Shown: piece after piece, positions 28,382 to 38,802 of the stretch | Numbering within the stretch: the first letter of the stretch is position 1 | How the letters are laid out: each line of letters begins with the position of its first letter | Source of the DNA: an uncultured Dehalococcoidales bacterium | GTDB taxonomy: Bacteria; Chloroflexota; Dehalococcoidia; GIF9; UBA5629 | Reading direction: 5' to 3' | Length of the DNA stretch: 64,000 nt | Assembly (NCBI GenBank): GCA_964519615.1 | Contig: CAZFIM010000002.1 | Span: 23,814-87,813, forward strand | The notes under the pieces: model-generated | Told to the model about the DNA's origin: nothing | Database searches by the model: none | Seen by the model: only the letters and a program-made list of their open reading frames with translations | Made by a program: the position numbers and the translations under genes

Positions 28382-29740
28382 ATGAATTTGAATAATCGAG
28401 GTCTTTTGTTGAAACTGCTAACGGCTCCCCTGCTTTTTTCTCTCTTTTTCCTGTGTTGGGGACTGACTACGCAGACGGTCCTTGCGGCGGAGCCGGACTG
28501 CACCATCACCGCTCCTGCGGAAGTGTGGGCTGAATCAGAAGGCAATACCGCCTCGGTGGCAAATGCCGGCCCCGGTGCACGTTATGCATGGACAATCAGC
28601 AACGGCAGTATCACGCACGCTGATGCCAATAGCATTACCTGGAGTGCGGGCTCGGTTTCGCCGGTTGCTATCAGCGTTACCGTTACCGGCGGTGACTGCT
28701 TCTCTTGCCAGAGCAGTGTAAATGTAACTGTAAAACCGCTGCCGGGCTGTGATATCAGCGCTCCTGCTTCAGTCAACGCAGGTTCTACAGGCAATAAAGC
28801 TACAGTTGAGGGCGGCGGCATGGGTTCTACTTATGCCTGGACGGTAGGCAACGGCACAATTACCGCCGGCGCAGGCACCAGTCAGATCACATGGAGTGCC
28901 GGCAATTCATCGCCGGTGACTATTAGTGTTACTATCACCGATGGATACGGCCACTCCTGTCGTGATACTGTGAATGTAACAGTTGTTCCGCTGCCGAATG
29001 CGGCGTTCACCGCGTCACCTGTCTCCGGCTGTGCACCGCTTACGGTGCAGTTCACAGATGAATCCACCAATTGTCCGGATTCCTGGAGCTGGAATTTCGG
29101 TGACGGCAGTACCAGCGATGCGAGAAACCCATCTCACCAGTATGCTTCGCCCGGTACTTATACCGTATCGCTGACCGCCGCAAACAGCTACGGCTCCGAT
29201 ACGGAAGTAAAGTCCGCTTTTATTGCAGCGCTCTCCTGTAGCACGGCAGTACCTCCATCACCATCTTCATCGAACGGTGACGATTTTGTCCAGAAGCTGC
29301 TCACCGATGATCCTTCGGAACATGCCAATTCCTGGTCATGGGCACAGCCGTGTGATGTCATGGTCACCAATACCTGGGCCAATCCACAGACAGCAAAGGC
29401 AGGCCAGAGTGTCACCATCTATGCCAATATGGCAAACAGGGGCGATATTCAGGGTACCTATACCGCCACGCTCAGGATAAACGGCAAGATCGAAGAAACG
29501 AAAAGCGGCAGTCTGGAAGGGAATACCGCGCTGCCGCTGCAGTTCATCGTCAGCCGGGATAGGCCGGGAACGTATCAAGTCGATGTGAACGGGCAGGAGA
29601 CGTTCTTTACAATTGTTGATAGCGGCAGTAAGACAATGTCTTATCTGGGCTGGATAATCGGGATAGTTCTCCTATGTGTCTTCTCCGCTGTAGTGATGGT
29701 TTTCTTCCGCCGACGGCACAAGGTCTTTCACCGCATATAG
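28382..29740 (+). CDS. cell-surface protein with Ig-like repeats, a PKD domain and a C-terminal TM anchor
   Basis: Signal peptide. Two repeats are homologous to those in the lipoprotein at 1639-2391. A canonical PKD domain follows (WSWNFGDGSTSDARNPSHQYASPGTYTVSLTAANSYGSD), then a C-terminal hydrophobic anchor plus RRRHK. Confidence 0.8.
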   Translation: MNLNNRGLLLKLLTAPLLFSLFFLCWGLTTQTVLAAEPDCTITAPAEVWAESEGNTASVANAGPGARYAWTISNGSITHADANSITWSAGSVSPVAISVTVTGGDCFSCQSSVNVTVKPLPGCDISAPASVNAGSTGNKATVEGGGMGSTYAWTVGNGTITAGAGTSQITWSAGNSSPVTISVTITDGYGHSCRDTVNVTVVPLPNAAFTASPVSGCAPLTVQFTDESTNCPDSWSWNFGDGSTSDARNPSHQYASPGTYTVSLTAANSYGSDTEVKSAFIAALSCSTAVPPSPSSSNGDDFVQKLLTDDPSEHANSWSWAQPCDVMVTNTWANPQTAKAGQSVTIYANMANRGDIQGTYTATLRINGKIEETKSGSLEGNTALPLQFIVSRDRPGTYQVDVNGQETFFTIVDSGSKTMSYLGWIIGIVLLCVFSAVVMVFFRRRHKVFHRI

Positions 29741-29815
29741 ACATACTGACGGCTCAGGTGCCGCCCGTAACCGGATATTACAGCTAAAAAACGGCTGTCC
29801 TGTAAAGACTTGATT

Positions 29816-31126
29816 TTATCTCTCTGCGCAGTCCTTGCAGGCTGAATAGATGTTATTGAACAGTTTTTCTATCTTATCGGCGGGTGTGGAGGCAAAGGCA
29901 AGTCTCAGCACGCTGATGTCACTGTAGCAGATTACTCCCGTGCTGTATTTGTCCAGCAGAAGCTGCCAGACTTTATCGGGGTCTGAGTTCTTAAGCTGTA
30001 CACACATGAAATATCCGGAATTATAAGGATAAGCATAGAAAAAAGTGTTGTATTCGGGATGGGCGCTGAGAACTTCCTTGACCTTTACATACCGCTCCCT
30101 GATCTTTTCTATATTCTTTTCTTTTTCCTTTTCGTGAGCTTCGGAGTTAAGGGCACGCAGAAAAGCTGATTGTGAGGCATGAGGAGAATTGGAGATATTG
30201 CCCCTCACCGCTCCGGCTGTTTTACCTTCAAGAGCTTTATAGACCTCTTTAGTACCGTTCTTTACTGCGTAGGTTACAAATCCGACACGTAAACCCCAGG
30301 CATATTCCTCCTTGGTTATGCCGTCTGCTTTAATAGCAAGCAGGTTTTCATGGGCGCCGGCCAGCTTGGCAAAGAGTGATTCTCTGGCTGCGGTGGTATC
30401 GAAGATGAGCCCGAAGTAGGAGTCATCACATATCACAACAAGTTTATTGCCGGATTCAGCCGCCTCTTTCAGAACGTGTGTAATATTTTCCATCTCCGCT
30501 TCCGTTGGTGTATATCCTGAAGGATTATTGGGGAAGTTTAAAAGCACGATCTTTTTGCCGGTATGGCCTGACATGAGGGTCTCTTTGAAGGCAGTTATAT
30601 CGAACCCGTTGTTTTTAAACAGATTGAAAAATTTTAGTTTGGCTCCATAGGCGTTGGCGAACACCAGGTCATAATTTTCCCAATAGAGGTTGGAGATTAT
30701 AATCTCGTCATGCTCATCAACGAACATATAGCCTATAATACTGAGGCCGTTGGTAACTCCGCAGGTAACTACAGGCATGCTTATCTCCTGAGTGCCTAGG
30801 GAAGGATTCTTGATGCGTATCAGTTCCTGCCACTTTTCCCGCAGGGGTTTGATTCCTTCACTGGGTGCATAAGGGAAGACATCTCTGCTCTCGATTTCAT
30901 AGAGGCGTGAGATGCTCGATATAACCATAGGTTTGCCGTCATCTTCGTAGGCCGTGCCGACCGTGGCATTGATCTCTTTGCCCCTGGCTGCTGCACCCTG
31001 CGCGAGAATTCCTTTTGCAGGAAAATAGATTGCCTTCCCTTTTTTAGAAAGGAGGTCATACAGCGTTTCATTGTGAGCCTTTAATATGCGATTAAGCTCT
31101 ATTGCCTGTAAATTAAGCGCAGCCAT
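29816..31126 (-). CDS. PLP-dependent aminotransferase, class I/II fold
   Basis: NPSGYTPT and a downstream K-containing PLP region; 436 aa. Confidence 0.8.
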   Translation of the reverse strand: MAALNLQAIELNRILKAHNETLYDLLSKKGKAIYFPAKGILAQGAAARGKEINATVGTAYEDDGKPMVISSISRLYEIESRDVFPYAPSEGIKPLREKWQELIRIKNPSLGTQEISMPVVTCGVTNGLSIIGYMFVDEHDEIIISNLYWENYDLVFANAYGAKLKFFNLFKNNGFDITAFKETLMSGHTGKKIVLLNFPNNPSGYTPTEAEMENITHVLKEAAESGNKLVVICDDSYFGLIFDTTAARESLFAKLAGAHENLLAIKADGITKEEYAWGLRVGFVTYAVKNGTKEVYKALEGKTAGAVRGNISNSPHASQSAFLRALNSEAHEKEKEKNIEKIRERYVKVKEVLSAHPEYNTFFYAYPYNSGYFMCVQLKNSDPDKVWQLLLDKYSTGVICYSDISVLRLAFASTPADKIEKLFNNIYSACKDCAER

Positions 31127-31315
31127 GGTATATCCCCCGGTTATATATTCATAATTGCACTATTATACAGTTTTTTATCGGGGTAATTCGATTCTGGCGA
31201 AAGGTTGTCTGCGTTTGTAAAGTTTATTTTGCATAAAATAATGAGCTGCGAATGCCTGTGGCTGGTAAAACCTGTGTTAATTTAAGGTGATAACACGATA
31301 CCTTGAAAGGTTCAA

Positions 31316-32071
31316 CTAAACATTGGTTTCCTCTTTCAATGATTCAGGTAAATACTTGTAATCCATTATTTTAAATAGGATAGATTTACATTTCCTTGCA
31401 TCGCGTGCACGCAACGCATCGCAAAGCCTCAGATGCCCATCCTTCTCGCGTGAGATCTTTAATACTTCATCAAATATTTTTAATCTGGATACCAGAATAA
31501 TACGCAGATATTGTTTGATGGGATCCTGTGCAGCCATATATGACAGAGAAAACAAAGGATTTTTTGATAACTCGCAGATTTTTAAATGGATGTTATAATC
31601 TGCATTAACGAGCTGCTCGATTATCTCATCTTCATTATCAATGGGATATTTAGCATTGGTCAACATCTCAAAAAACTGTACACACAGCGATTCTAACTCG
31701 TCAATTTCCTTATCATTACAATTTTTTACGATGAGTCGGGTACTTTCCAATTCAATAAGCTTACGAAAATCCAGCACATCACGTACGGTTCCCGATTTGA
31801 CCATGCAGGAAGATAGCTCTTTGAAATATTTACCGGCATCGAACTTGATAACAAATGACCCTTCGCCAGCACGTGTACGTACAAGCCCCAGAGCGTTTAG
31901 TTTTTGCAGGGCGATACGAATGGTAAGGCGACTCACACCGTATATTTCACATAAACCGTGTTCGGAAGGAAGTTTTTGCCCGGCTTGCCATTGACCTGAG
32001 AGTATTTCCTCTTTTATTTGATCATATACCTGATCGGCTAGAGTATATTTGGATACCTTAAGACGCGTCAT
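31316..32071 (-). CDS. GntR-family transcriptional regulator (FadR/FCD subfamily)
   Basis: N-terminal wHTH LPSEHGLCEIYGVSRLTIRIALQKLNALGLV plus a C-terminal FCD-like all-helical domain. Confidence 0.85.
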   Translation of the reverse strand: MTRLKVSKYTLADQVYDQIKEEILSGQWQAGQKLPSEHGLCEIYGVSRLTIRIALQKLNALGLVRTRAGEGSFVIKFDAGKYFKELSSCMVKSGTVRDVLDFRKLIELESTRLIVKNCNDKEIDELESLCVQFFEMLTNAKYPIDNEDEIIEQLVNADYNIHLKICELSKNPLFSLSYMAAQDPIKQYLRIILVSRLKIFDEVLKISREKDGHLRLCDALRARDARKCKSILFKIMDYKYLPESLKEETNV

Positions 32072-32119
32072 TTTTCTTGCTTATTTCCATTAATTTAAAT
32101 TAAAAGATAGCACCTTTTA

Positions 32120-32133
32120 GCCTAGATAACAAG
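32120..32133. promoter_or_regulatory. operator-like motif GCCTAGATAACAAG, copy 1, upstream of the GntR gene; contains ATAAC-AA-GTTAT inverted repeat
   Basis: Exact 14-mer repeated at 32292-32305. Confidence 0.4.
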
Positions 32134-32257
32134 TTATACTAGTAACCGAAATTTATATAAGGGCAGAGAGAAATGCAAAAAAGTTACACGATTATATGTT
32201 TTCACTCCCTTATTATTTTGTAACGGTTTGAAGAATAAGAAATCTTCTTATATGTGC

Positions 32258-32305
32258 TTGACAATCTTGTCGGGGAAACTATAATATGTATGCCTAGATA
32301 ACAAG
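32258..32305 (+). promoter_or_regulatory. consensus sigma70 promoter (TTGACA, 16-17 bp spacer, TATAAT) with GCCTAGATAACAAG copy 2 over the predicted transcription start
   Basis: TTGACA at 32258-32263 and TATAAT at 32280-32285. The operator copy at 32292-32305 is followed by ACAAG tandem repeats. RBS AAGGAG precedes ATG 32329. Confidence 0.5.
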
Positions 32306-32328
32306 CTAACAAGTAACAAGGAGATAAC

Positions 32329-33513
32329 ATGCAAATAACCAGTGTAGATGTATTTAGATGCAACGGAAAATCTCCTATTGATAAAGAAATATTTACTGTA
32401 GTCTGTGTAAAAATAAACACCGATGAAGGGATATGTGGTTTTGGGGAAGCCGGGATGTCATATGGCGCCGGAGCAGAAGCAGCATTTGGTATTATTCAAG
32501 ATTTTGCTTATTTGATATTGGGTATGGATCCCATGAAAATTGAAGCAATATGGAATAAATTGCATCGTAATACTTTTTGGGGTATGGGGGGTGGCGCTGT
32601 CATATTTTCCGGTTTCAGTGCCATTGATATTGCATTGTGGGATATCAAAGGAAAGGCATTAGGGGTACCTGTTTACCAACTGCTAGGTGGAAAAACAAAC
32701 GATAAGCTGCGGGCATACGCCAGTCAGATACAGTTTGATTGGGGTCCTATTAGCCGTGCCATGATAACCACAAATGACTATGCTGATGCTACCAGACGCG
32801 CTATTGCCGATGGATACGACTGTATTAAAGTTGACCCTGTTATGTTCGATGAGATGGGGCGGTTTATGCACTGGAATAATTACGGCATTCTACGCAATGA
32901 ACAGCTAAGAATAGCAGTCGCCCGTATTGCAGCAATACGTAAGGCCGGCGGCCCTGATCTGGATATTATTATAGAACTGCACGGCTATACGGATACTAAT
33001 ACCAGTATACAGCTGGGCAGGGAGCTGGAACAGTTCCGCTGTTTTTATTATGAAGAGCCCACGCAGCCGCTCAATCCAAATTTATTCAAAGAAATATCAG
33101 ACAAGGTTAAAATCCCTATTGCCAGCGGTGAACGTATTTTTAGCCGCTGGGGTTATCGGCCGTTTTTTGAGAATAGAGCTTTGTCGGTAATTCAGCCGGA
33201 CATGTGCAACTGCGGCGGTCTGACCGAAGGCAAGAAGATATGTGATATGGCGCATGTCTACGATATCGGCGTACAGGTGCACGTATGCGGCGGCCCGATT
33301 TCCACTGCTGCAGCATTACAAATGGAAGCGGTAATACCGAATTTTGTCATCCACGAACAGCATCAGGCTGCACTGGTACAAGAGAATATTGCTTTGTGTA
33401 AATACGATTATCAGCCGGTCAGCGGTTATTTTGAGGTGCCTGACCGGCCGGGTATTGGGCAGGAGCTTTCAGATGCGGCAATGAGAGATGCCATTCGAGT
33501 TACTATTTCTTAG
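32329..33513 (+). CDS. enolase-superfamily (mandelate racemase/muconate lactonizing enzyme family) acid-sugar dehydratase-like enzyme
   Basis: N-terminal capping domain plus a TIM-barrel with the metal-ligand pattern of ManD/DgoD-like dehydratases (AIDIALWDIKGK, IKVDP, ELHG, EEP). Confidence 0.85.
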   Translation: MQITSVDVFRCNGKSPIDKEIFTVVCVKINTDEGICGFGEAGMSYGAGAEAAFGIIQDFAYLILGMDPMKIEAIWNKLHRNTFWGMGGGAVIFSGFSAIDIALWDIKGKALGVPVYQLLGGKTNDKLRAYASQIQFDWGPISRAMITTNDYADATRRAIADGYDCIKVDPVMFDEMGRFMHWNNYGILRNEQLRIAVARIAAIRKAGGPDLDIIIELHGYTDTNTSIQLGRELEQFRCFYYEEPTQPLNPNLFKEISDKVKIPIASGERIFSRWGYRPFFENRALSVIQPDMCNCGGLTEGKKICDMAHVYDIGVQVHVCGGPISTAAALQMEAVIPNFVIHEQHQAALVQENIALCKYDYQPVSGYFEVPDRPGIGQELSDAAMRDAIRVTIS

Positions 33514-33584
33514 TAATAAATTATTTTGCTCAAATACTCCTGTTTCAGGCCATCTGTTATTGAGTGAGAGGAAAGGAATAAAAA

Positions 33585-34574
33585 ATGGCTAAGAGAAAGC
33601 GAATTGCATTTATGCTTCCGGGTGACATGTGGATACCCACCGAGCAGCATGCAGCGGAGCTGGGTTACATAACCGAAAGACGCACCCCGAAGGGCAAAGA
33701 AGCCGCTGATATTGTAGAGGCGGTTGCAGGTGTAGATGCAATCGTTGCTGCACTGGAAAAATATACGCCGGAAGTGCTTGCGCAGCTCAAAGGAAAGATT
33801 GAGATTATTACTCGTATAGGCGTAGGGTATGATAGCATCAATGTGCCTGCGGCTACCGAAAACGGTATTGTAATCGCAAATACTCCTGGTGCAAATTCCT
33901 ATGCTGTTGCTGAGATGGCGGTTGCTTTAATGCTGGCGGCGGTAAGAAAGGTTTGCCTGCTGGACCGTACAGTACGTGCAGGTGGTGGTTGGGGTGGTCC
34001 TTTAAGTGTGACAGGGCAGCTCTTAGGCAGTACTGTGGGTATACTAGGTTTCGGTAACGTCGGCAAGAAACTAGCCAAAATACTTTACGCCTTTGATTGT
34101 AAAGTCCTGGTTTATGATCCGTATATGGATAAAGACGCACTGGCTTCTTCCGGTGCACAGGAAGCACCGATAGATGAGATTATTACGCAATCGGATTTTA
34201 TCAGTCTTCACCTGCCCGGTACAGCTGAAACAAACGGGATGGTAAATGCGGACTTTCTAAAGAGGATGAAGAAAACAGCTATTCTTATTAATACAAGCCG
34301 CGGTTCTGTAGTGAACGAAAAGGATCTAGCGAACGCTCTGAAATCATGTGAAATAGCTGCTGCAGGACTTGATGTATTTGTTAACGAGCCTCTGGAAATG
34401 GACAGTCCTTTACGCGGACTTGGTAATGTAGTATTTACTCCGCATTTCTCCGCTATGACAAAGCAGGCATTTGGTTTGATGGGAAGTATGGCTATAGATA
34501 ACATTCACGCGCACTTTTCAGGGAAAAAACCAGAAGGCCTAGTAAATCCGCCTGTATATGACCACATGAAATGA
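33585..34574 (+). CDS. D-isomer-specific 2-hydroxyacid dehydrogenase, NAD-binding
   Basis: GILGFGNVGKKLAKIL Rossmann motif and the catalytic R/E/H region (NTSRGSVV...FTPHFS). Confidence 0.85.
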   Translation: MAKRKRIAFMLPGDMWIPTEQHAAELGYITERRTPKGKEAADIVEAVAGVDAIVAALEKYTPEVLAQLKGKIEIITRIGVGYDSINVPAATENGIVIANTPGANSYAVAEMAVALMLAAVRKVCLLDRTVRAGGGWGGPLSVTGQLLGSTVGILGFGNVGKKLAKILYAFDCKVLVYDPYMDKDALASSGAQEAPIDEIITQSDFISLHLPGTAETNGMVNADFLKRMKKTAILINTSRGSVVNEKDLANALKSCEIAAAGLDVFVNEPLEMDSPLRGLGNVVFTPHFSAMTKQAFGLMGSMAIDNIHAHFSGKKPEGLVNPPVYDHMK

Positions 34575-34589
34575 ATTGGAGGGCTCATC

Positions 34590-35462
34590 GTGAAAAAAAC
34601 AATGGTAATGAAAAAGCTCTTAAGTGAGGGGAAAACACTGATACTTCCCGGTGCATATGATTGTTTTTCAGTAAAGATCATCGAGAAAATGGGATTTGAT
34701 GCGGCGTATTTAACCGGTTACGGTGCAGAAGCAAGTGTGCTCGGCAGGCCTGATATGGGTTTTACTACCATGAATGATGTTTGTGATCTTGCTCGCCGCA
34801 TGTGTACAACAGTGGATTTGCCGATTATTGTAGATGCGGACCTAGGGTGGGGAGGCACGTTGAGTATAACGCGCACGATTCAGGAATTTGAGAATGCCGG
34901 TGTGGCTGGATTGCATATTGAAGATCAGGCTATACCGCTTAAATGTGCAGGCATGCCCGGCCTGAAGTTCATTTCTTGTGAAGAGATGTGTATGCGCATC
35001 CGTGCAGCCGTTAGTGCGCGCAATGACCCTGATTTTCTTATCATCGGACGCTGCGACACTTTTGCAAAAGAAGGATTTGATGGTACTAAAGAACGTCTAC
35101 ATGCATATATGGATGCAGGCGCGGACTACCTTATAGCCGGCGGCGGATTCAATGAGGATCAACTATGGGATCTTTCACGGGAATTTCCTCACAAAATGTG
35201 CTGGAATGCGGGTCTATCCGTATGGCCGGAGAGCATGCTTCCGATATCAAGGTTCAATGAAATGAGCGCAGCAATGATGTTTTTTGCGCTTGTAGGACTG
35301 GCAGCAGCAGGCAAAGCCATCGAGGATACTTACAGCCGCTTAAAGATGGATACGCTCACCCCTGAATATATAAAAGAAAATACCATGGATATGCGGCGTA
35401 TGGAAGCTACACTCGACTATGCAAAATATATCGAGATCGAAAAGAAATTTTCACTTGATTAG
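34590..35462 (+). CDS. isocitrate lyase / PEP mutase superfamily enzyme (methylisocitrate-lyase / oxaloacetate-decarboxylase-like)
   Basis: LPGAYD, IVDADLGWGG and the GLHIEDQ hallmark. Confidence 0.8.
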   Translation: MKKTMVMKKLLSEGKTLILPGAYDCFSVKIIEKMGFDAAYLTGYGAEASVLGRPDMGFTTMNDVCDLARRMCTTVDLPIIVDADLGWGGTLSITRTIQEFENAGVAGLHIEDQAIPLKCAGMPGLKFISCEEMCMRIRAAVSARNDPDFLIIGRCDTFAKEGFDGTKERLHAYMDAGADYLIAGGGFNEDQLWDLSREFPHKMCWNAGLSVWPESMLPISRFNEMSAAMMFFALVGLAAAGKAIEDTYSRLKMDTLTPEYIKENTMDMRRMEATLDYAKYIEIEKKFSLD

Positions 35463-35492
35463 CAATTGTCTAAAAAGAAAGGAGGCAAAACA

Positions 35493-36554
35493 ATGAAACA
35501 GAAGTGGGGGATTCTTTCTATCTTAATAGTGGCTTTGGTTGCTTTTTTGGTAGGTTGTTCACCTTCTGCAGCCCCTGCAAGTCCAAGCACTACTCCCAGT
35601 TCCGGTACTACGGAAGAGGCAACGGTCACCTACATTGCTGCGGCAAGTGTTTCTGCACCAGGTCAATTCTGGGATCGTCAGGCCGATGCACTGATTGAGC
35701 TTTTAAGCGAGAAATCAGGTGGACGGTTTGTAGCTGATAAGCTGGATGCCGGTATGCAGGGCAACAGTCGTGAAGTTGGAGAAGCGGTACAGATGGGTAC
35801 AATCGAGGTACTGGTGGTCGGCGATATGGAGCTTAATCTGGTCACCGGTAATATCGGCTGGGCATGGATTCCGTTCCTGACAACCACATATGAACAGGCC
35901 GATGATGTGTATTACGGCGGCTGGATTAATGAGAAAATCAAAGAAAAGTTTGCTTCGGTAGGTATTGTTAAGATCGGTAACGCAGAAAACGAGTTCCGTC
36001 TCTGCGGTACAGTGGATAAGCCGATCGCAACAATATCAGATTTCAAAGGTGTAAAGATCCGAACTCCCGAACTTCCGGATGTAATTCGCTTTTATGAGCT
36101 GTGCGGAGCACTCCCGGTAGCTATCTCTCCTCCTGAAGTTATGACGGCGTTACAGCAGGGAACGTGTGATGGTCTTGACAATTCTATTATCAACATAAAG
36201 AATATGGGTGTGTATGATATGGTTCAGCATATCACCCGGACCAACCATCTTTATGCAGGTGCTTCGATAGTCTGTAATGCAGATTTTTGGAACAGCCTCT
36301 CCTCAAGCGATCAACAGATCTTTCTCGATGCTGCAAAAGAAAACGGCGATGAGTATATTCAATTATACAGGGAGGAAGCTGCCGCTTTACTTGCTGATCC
36401 GCATCTGACGGTCCATGAACCGGATGCTGAAATGAAGGAAACGATGATAAACATCGGGTTGCAGATACTGGATGATAACGCAGCAAACTATGATGCGGAT
36501 ATTGTTGAATTGATTCGCAAACAAATGAATACCAATATTGCAGCTATAAAGTAA
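35493..36554 (+). CDS. TRAP transporter substrate-binding protein, DctP family
   Basis: Signal peptide with lipobox LVGC and DctP-like features. RBS AAAGGAGG. Confidence 0.8.
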   Translation: MKQKWGILSILIVALVAFLVGCSPSAAPASPSTTPSSGTTEEATVTYIAAASVSAPGQFWDRQADALIELLSEKSGGRFVADKLDAGMQGNSREVGEAVQMGTIEVLVVGDMELNLVTGNIGWAWIPFLTTTYEQADDVYYGGWINEKIKEKFASVGIVKIGNAENEFRLCGTVDKPIATISDFKGVKIRTPELPDVIRFYELCGALPVAISPPEVMTALQQGTCDGLDNSIINIKNMGVYDMVQHITRTNHLYAGASIVCNADFWNSLSSSDQQIFLDAAKENGDEYIQLYREEAAALLADPHLTVHEPDAEMKETMINIGLQILDDNAANYDADIVELIRKQMNTNIAAIK

Positions 36555-36663
36555 TAATTTACAAATGCCATTTTTGCAGGGCGGTTACGTTAAAAGACGG
36601 CTCCGTCCTGCAGATTTTCTTCTACTCGCCTCTATAAACAAATTATATATGAGGTTAACGTAA

Positions 36664-37221
36664 ATGTTTGTATTACGAGGCATAAATAAATTCCTCATGC
36701 ATGTAGAAAAATTTATTGTCGTTTTAACGGGGAGCGGCCTCGTGGTTTCAATCTGCGTTCAAGTTATAGGGCGCTATATACTGCAAGTGCCCACACCGTG
36801 GGCTGAGGAAATAGCCAGATATTTATTTATCTGGATGGTGCTTGTCGGCGCCGGATATGTTCTGGCAATAAAAGACCATATTGAGATTGCTATTTTAGAC
36901 CAGTTGCTTGAAAAACTAAAAAATCCCGACAAAGCAAAAACGATACTGTTTGTGATTTCTACTATAGGCGGTATGGTTTTTATCGTTCTCTTTTCACTCA
37001 TTTATTACCGCTATCTGGTAAATATCAACCGCTACGGCGGTCAATTTTCAGCTGCGCTGCAAATCAACATGCTGATTCCCATGAGTGCTTTGCTCGTGGG
37101 TAATATCCTTATGTTATTTCACTCCATCTATTTATTGCTCGAGCTAATATTTAATTCACGTTCAAAAGCTGAGAGTGCAAAGCAAAGCAATATAGAAGAG
37201 ATGGGCATGAACTATGAATGA
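36664..37221 (+). CDS. TRAP transporter small permease, DctQ family
   Basis: 185 aa with 4 TM helices; overlaps the dctM start. Confidence 0.8.
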   Translation: MFVLRGINKFLMHVEKFIVVLTGSGLVVSICVQVIGRYILQVPTPWAEEIARYLFIWMVLVGAGYVLAIKDHIEIAILDQLLEKLKNPDKAKTILFVISTIGGMVFIVLFSLIYYRYLVNINRYGGQFSAALQINMLIPMSALLVGNILMLFHSIYLLLELIFNSRSKAESAKQSNIEEMGMNYE

Positions 37222-38530
37222 AATGATGCTGCTTGTCATATTTTTACTTATTTTCTTCGGTGCGGGCATTCTACTGCGGATCAACGTTGCTTTTTCACTC
37301 GGGCTTGCATCTCTTGGGTTGCTCTTTTTCGCCGGTGTCCAGGTTATTAACATTGCGGCACCTTCTTTTTCCGCTCTGGATAGTTTTCCATTGCTCGCTA
37401 TTCCGTTTTTTATGCTGGCAGGAACGGTTATGGAGCATGGCGGAATTTCCAGCAGCCTTGTTGGTTGGATCGATGCATTTGTTGGGCGTGTACGTGGTGC
37501 CATAGGTGCTATTACAGTGCTTGCAAGCATGGCGTTTGGTGTGCTCACCGGCTCTGCAATGGCAACTATCAGCTCGATAGGTAAGATGATGCACCCGGAA
37601 ATGGTACGCCGTGGTTATACGCCGGAATATGCAGGTGCATTAATTGCCGCTACCTGTTTTCTCGGTATTCTGATCCCTCCTTCTATACCGGGAATCATGT
37701 ATGCGTTATCCTCAGGGCAATCGATCTCCGATGTGTGGCTGTCAACTGTAGGCCCCGGTGTTCTTATAGGGATTGCTTATATCATATACAACTATTTTTC
37801 CGGTGGAAAAAAAGACAAATCTGTTGCAGATACCAAAGGTGTACTGGAATACTTTGCCAAGATAGGTCATAAGACGTGGTCAGCATCGCCTGCAATTATT
37901 ATGCCAATAATTATCTTCGGTGGTATATACGGCGGTGTTTTTACTCCTACAGAAGCAGGTGCTGTCTGTATGGCCTACGGAGTGGGGTTCTATCTTGTCA
38001 AGCGAGCACTCAAAAAGGACAGCGTTTCCAGTTCCATGTGGTTAATCTTTTTAACCGGTGGACTGGCCACAGCGACAATTTGTATCATCCAGATTTTTGC
38101 TAATACGGCCAGCCGTGCAATTTCACTGGCAGGTATTACCCAGGCACTTGCGGAGTTTATTGTTGCAAACGTAAGTGCGACATGGCAGTACTTATTAATC
38201 TGTAATGTGATCTTTTTGATTCTGGGCTGTCTTATAGATATTACAAGTGCGGTTCTAATGATGACACCGCTGTTGCTCCCTACAACACTGGCGATGGGAA
38301 TAGATCCAATCCATTTTGGTGGTATAATGCTTGTTAATCTGAGCATAGGCTTCATGACACCGCCATTTGCCGGAGGGCTATTTGTAGCCTGCAAAATATC
38401 TCAAGTACCGTATATTAAACTGGTAAGGGAATGCATTCCATTTTTAATAATCGGTATATGTGTTGTGATCTTTACAACCTTTGTGCCTGATATAGTACTT
38501 TTCCTACCAAAACTCCTGGCGACATCATAA
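37214..38530 (+). CDS. TRAP transporter large permease, DctM family
   Basis: 438 aa with 12 TM helices. Confidence 0.85.
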   Translation: MNEMMLLVIFLLIFFGAGILLRINVAFSLGLASLGLLFFAGVQVINIAAPSFSALDSFPLLAIPFFMLAGTVMEHGGISSSLVGWIDAFVGRVRGAIGAITVLASMAFGVLTGSAMATISSIGKMMHPEMVRRGYTPEYAGALIAATCFLGILIPPSIPGIMYALSSGQSISDVWLSTVGPGVLIGIAYIIYNYFSGGKKDKSVADTKGVLEYFAKIGHKTWSASPAIIMPIIIFGGIYGGVFTPTEAGAVCMAYGVGFYLVKRALKKDSVSSSMWLIFLTGGLATATICIIQIFANTASRAISLAGITQALAEFIVANVSATWQYLLICNVIFLILGCLIDITSAVLMMTPLLLPTTLAMGIDPIHFGGIMLVNLSIGFMTPPFAGGLFVACKISQVPYIKLVRECIPFLIIGICVVIFTTFVPDIVLFLPKLLATS

Positions 38531-38802
38531 CTTTATACAATTTATGAAGTATCGTCTAATCGAATCAAGCGTATTATTGTAAGCATTCAGTATGCGTTTC
38601 AAACCCGTTAAGCATCTTCCAGATATTTTTAGTAATTTCTCTATAATGTTGTTTCAAAGGGTTTCGATTCGACACAGTTACCTTTATAGTAGTTGGATAG
38701 GGTACACAGATTAACATACGAAGATGTGTTATCATTGTTATTAACCGGCCATTTACGGTCCGGTGAAAGGTTCGAACCCAGCAAACTACTGCCAGGAGGT
38801 GT

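Noticed and set aside
38765-38785. GGTTCGAACCC, which resembles a tRNA T-loop
   Set aside because: The flanks cannot form a 5 bp T-stem or a 7 bp acceptor stem on either strand. It is a simple palindrome in the 5' leader of the selenoprotein gene.
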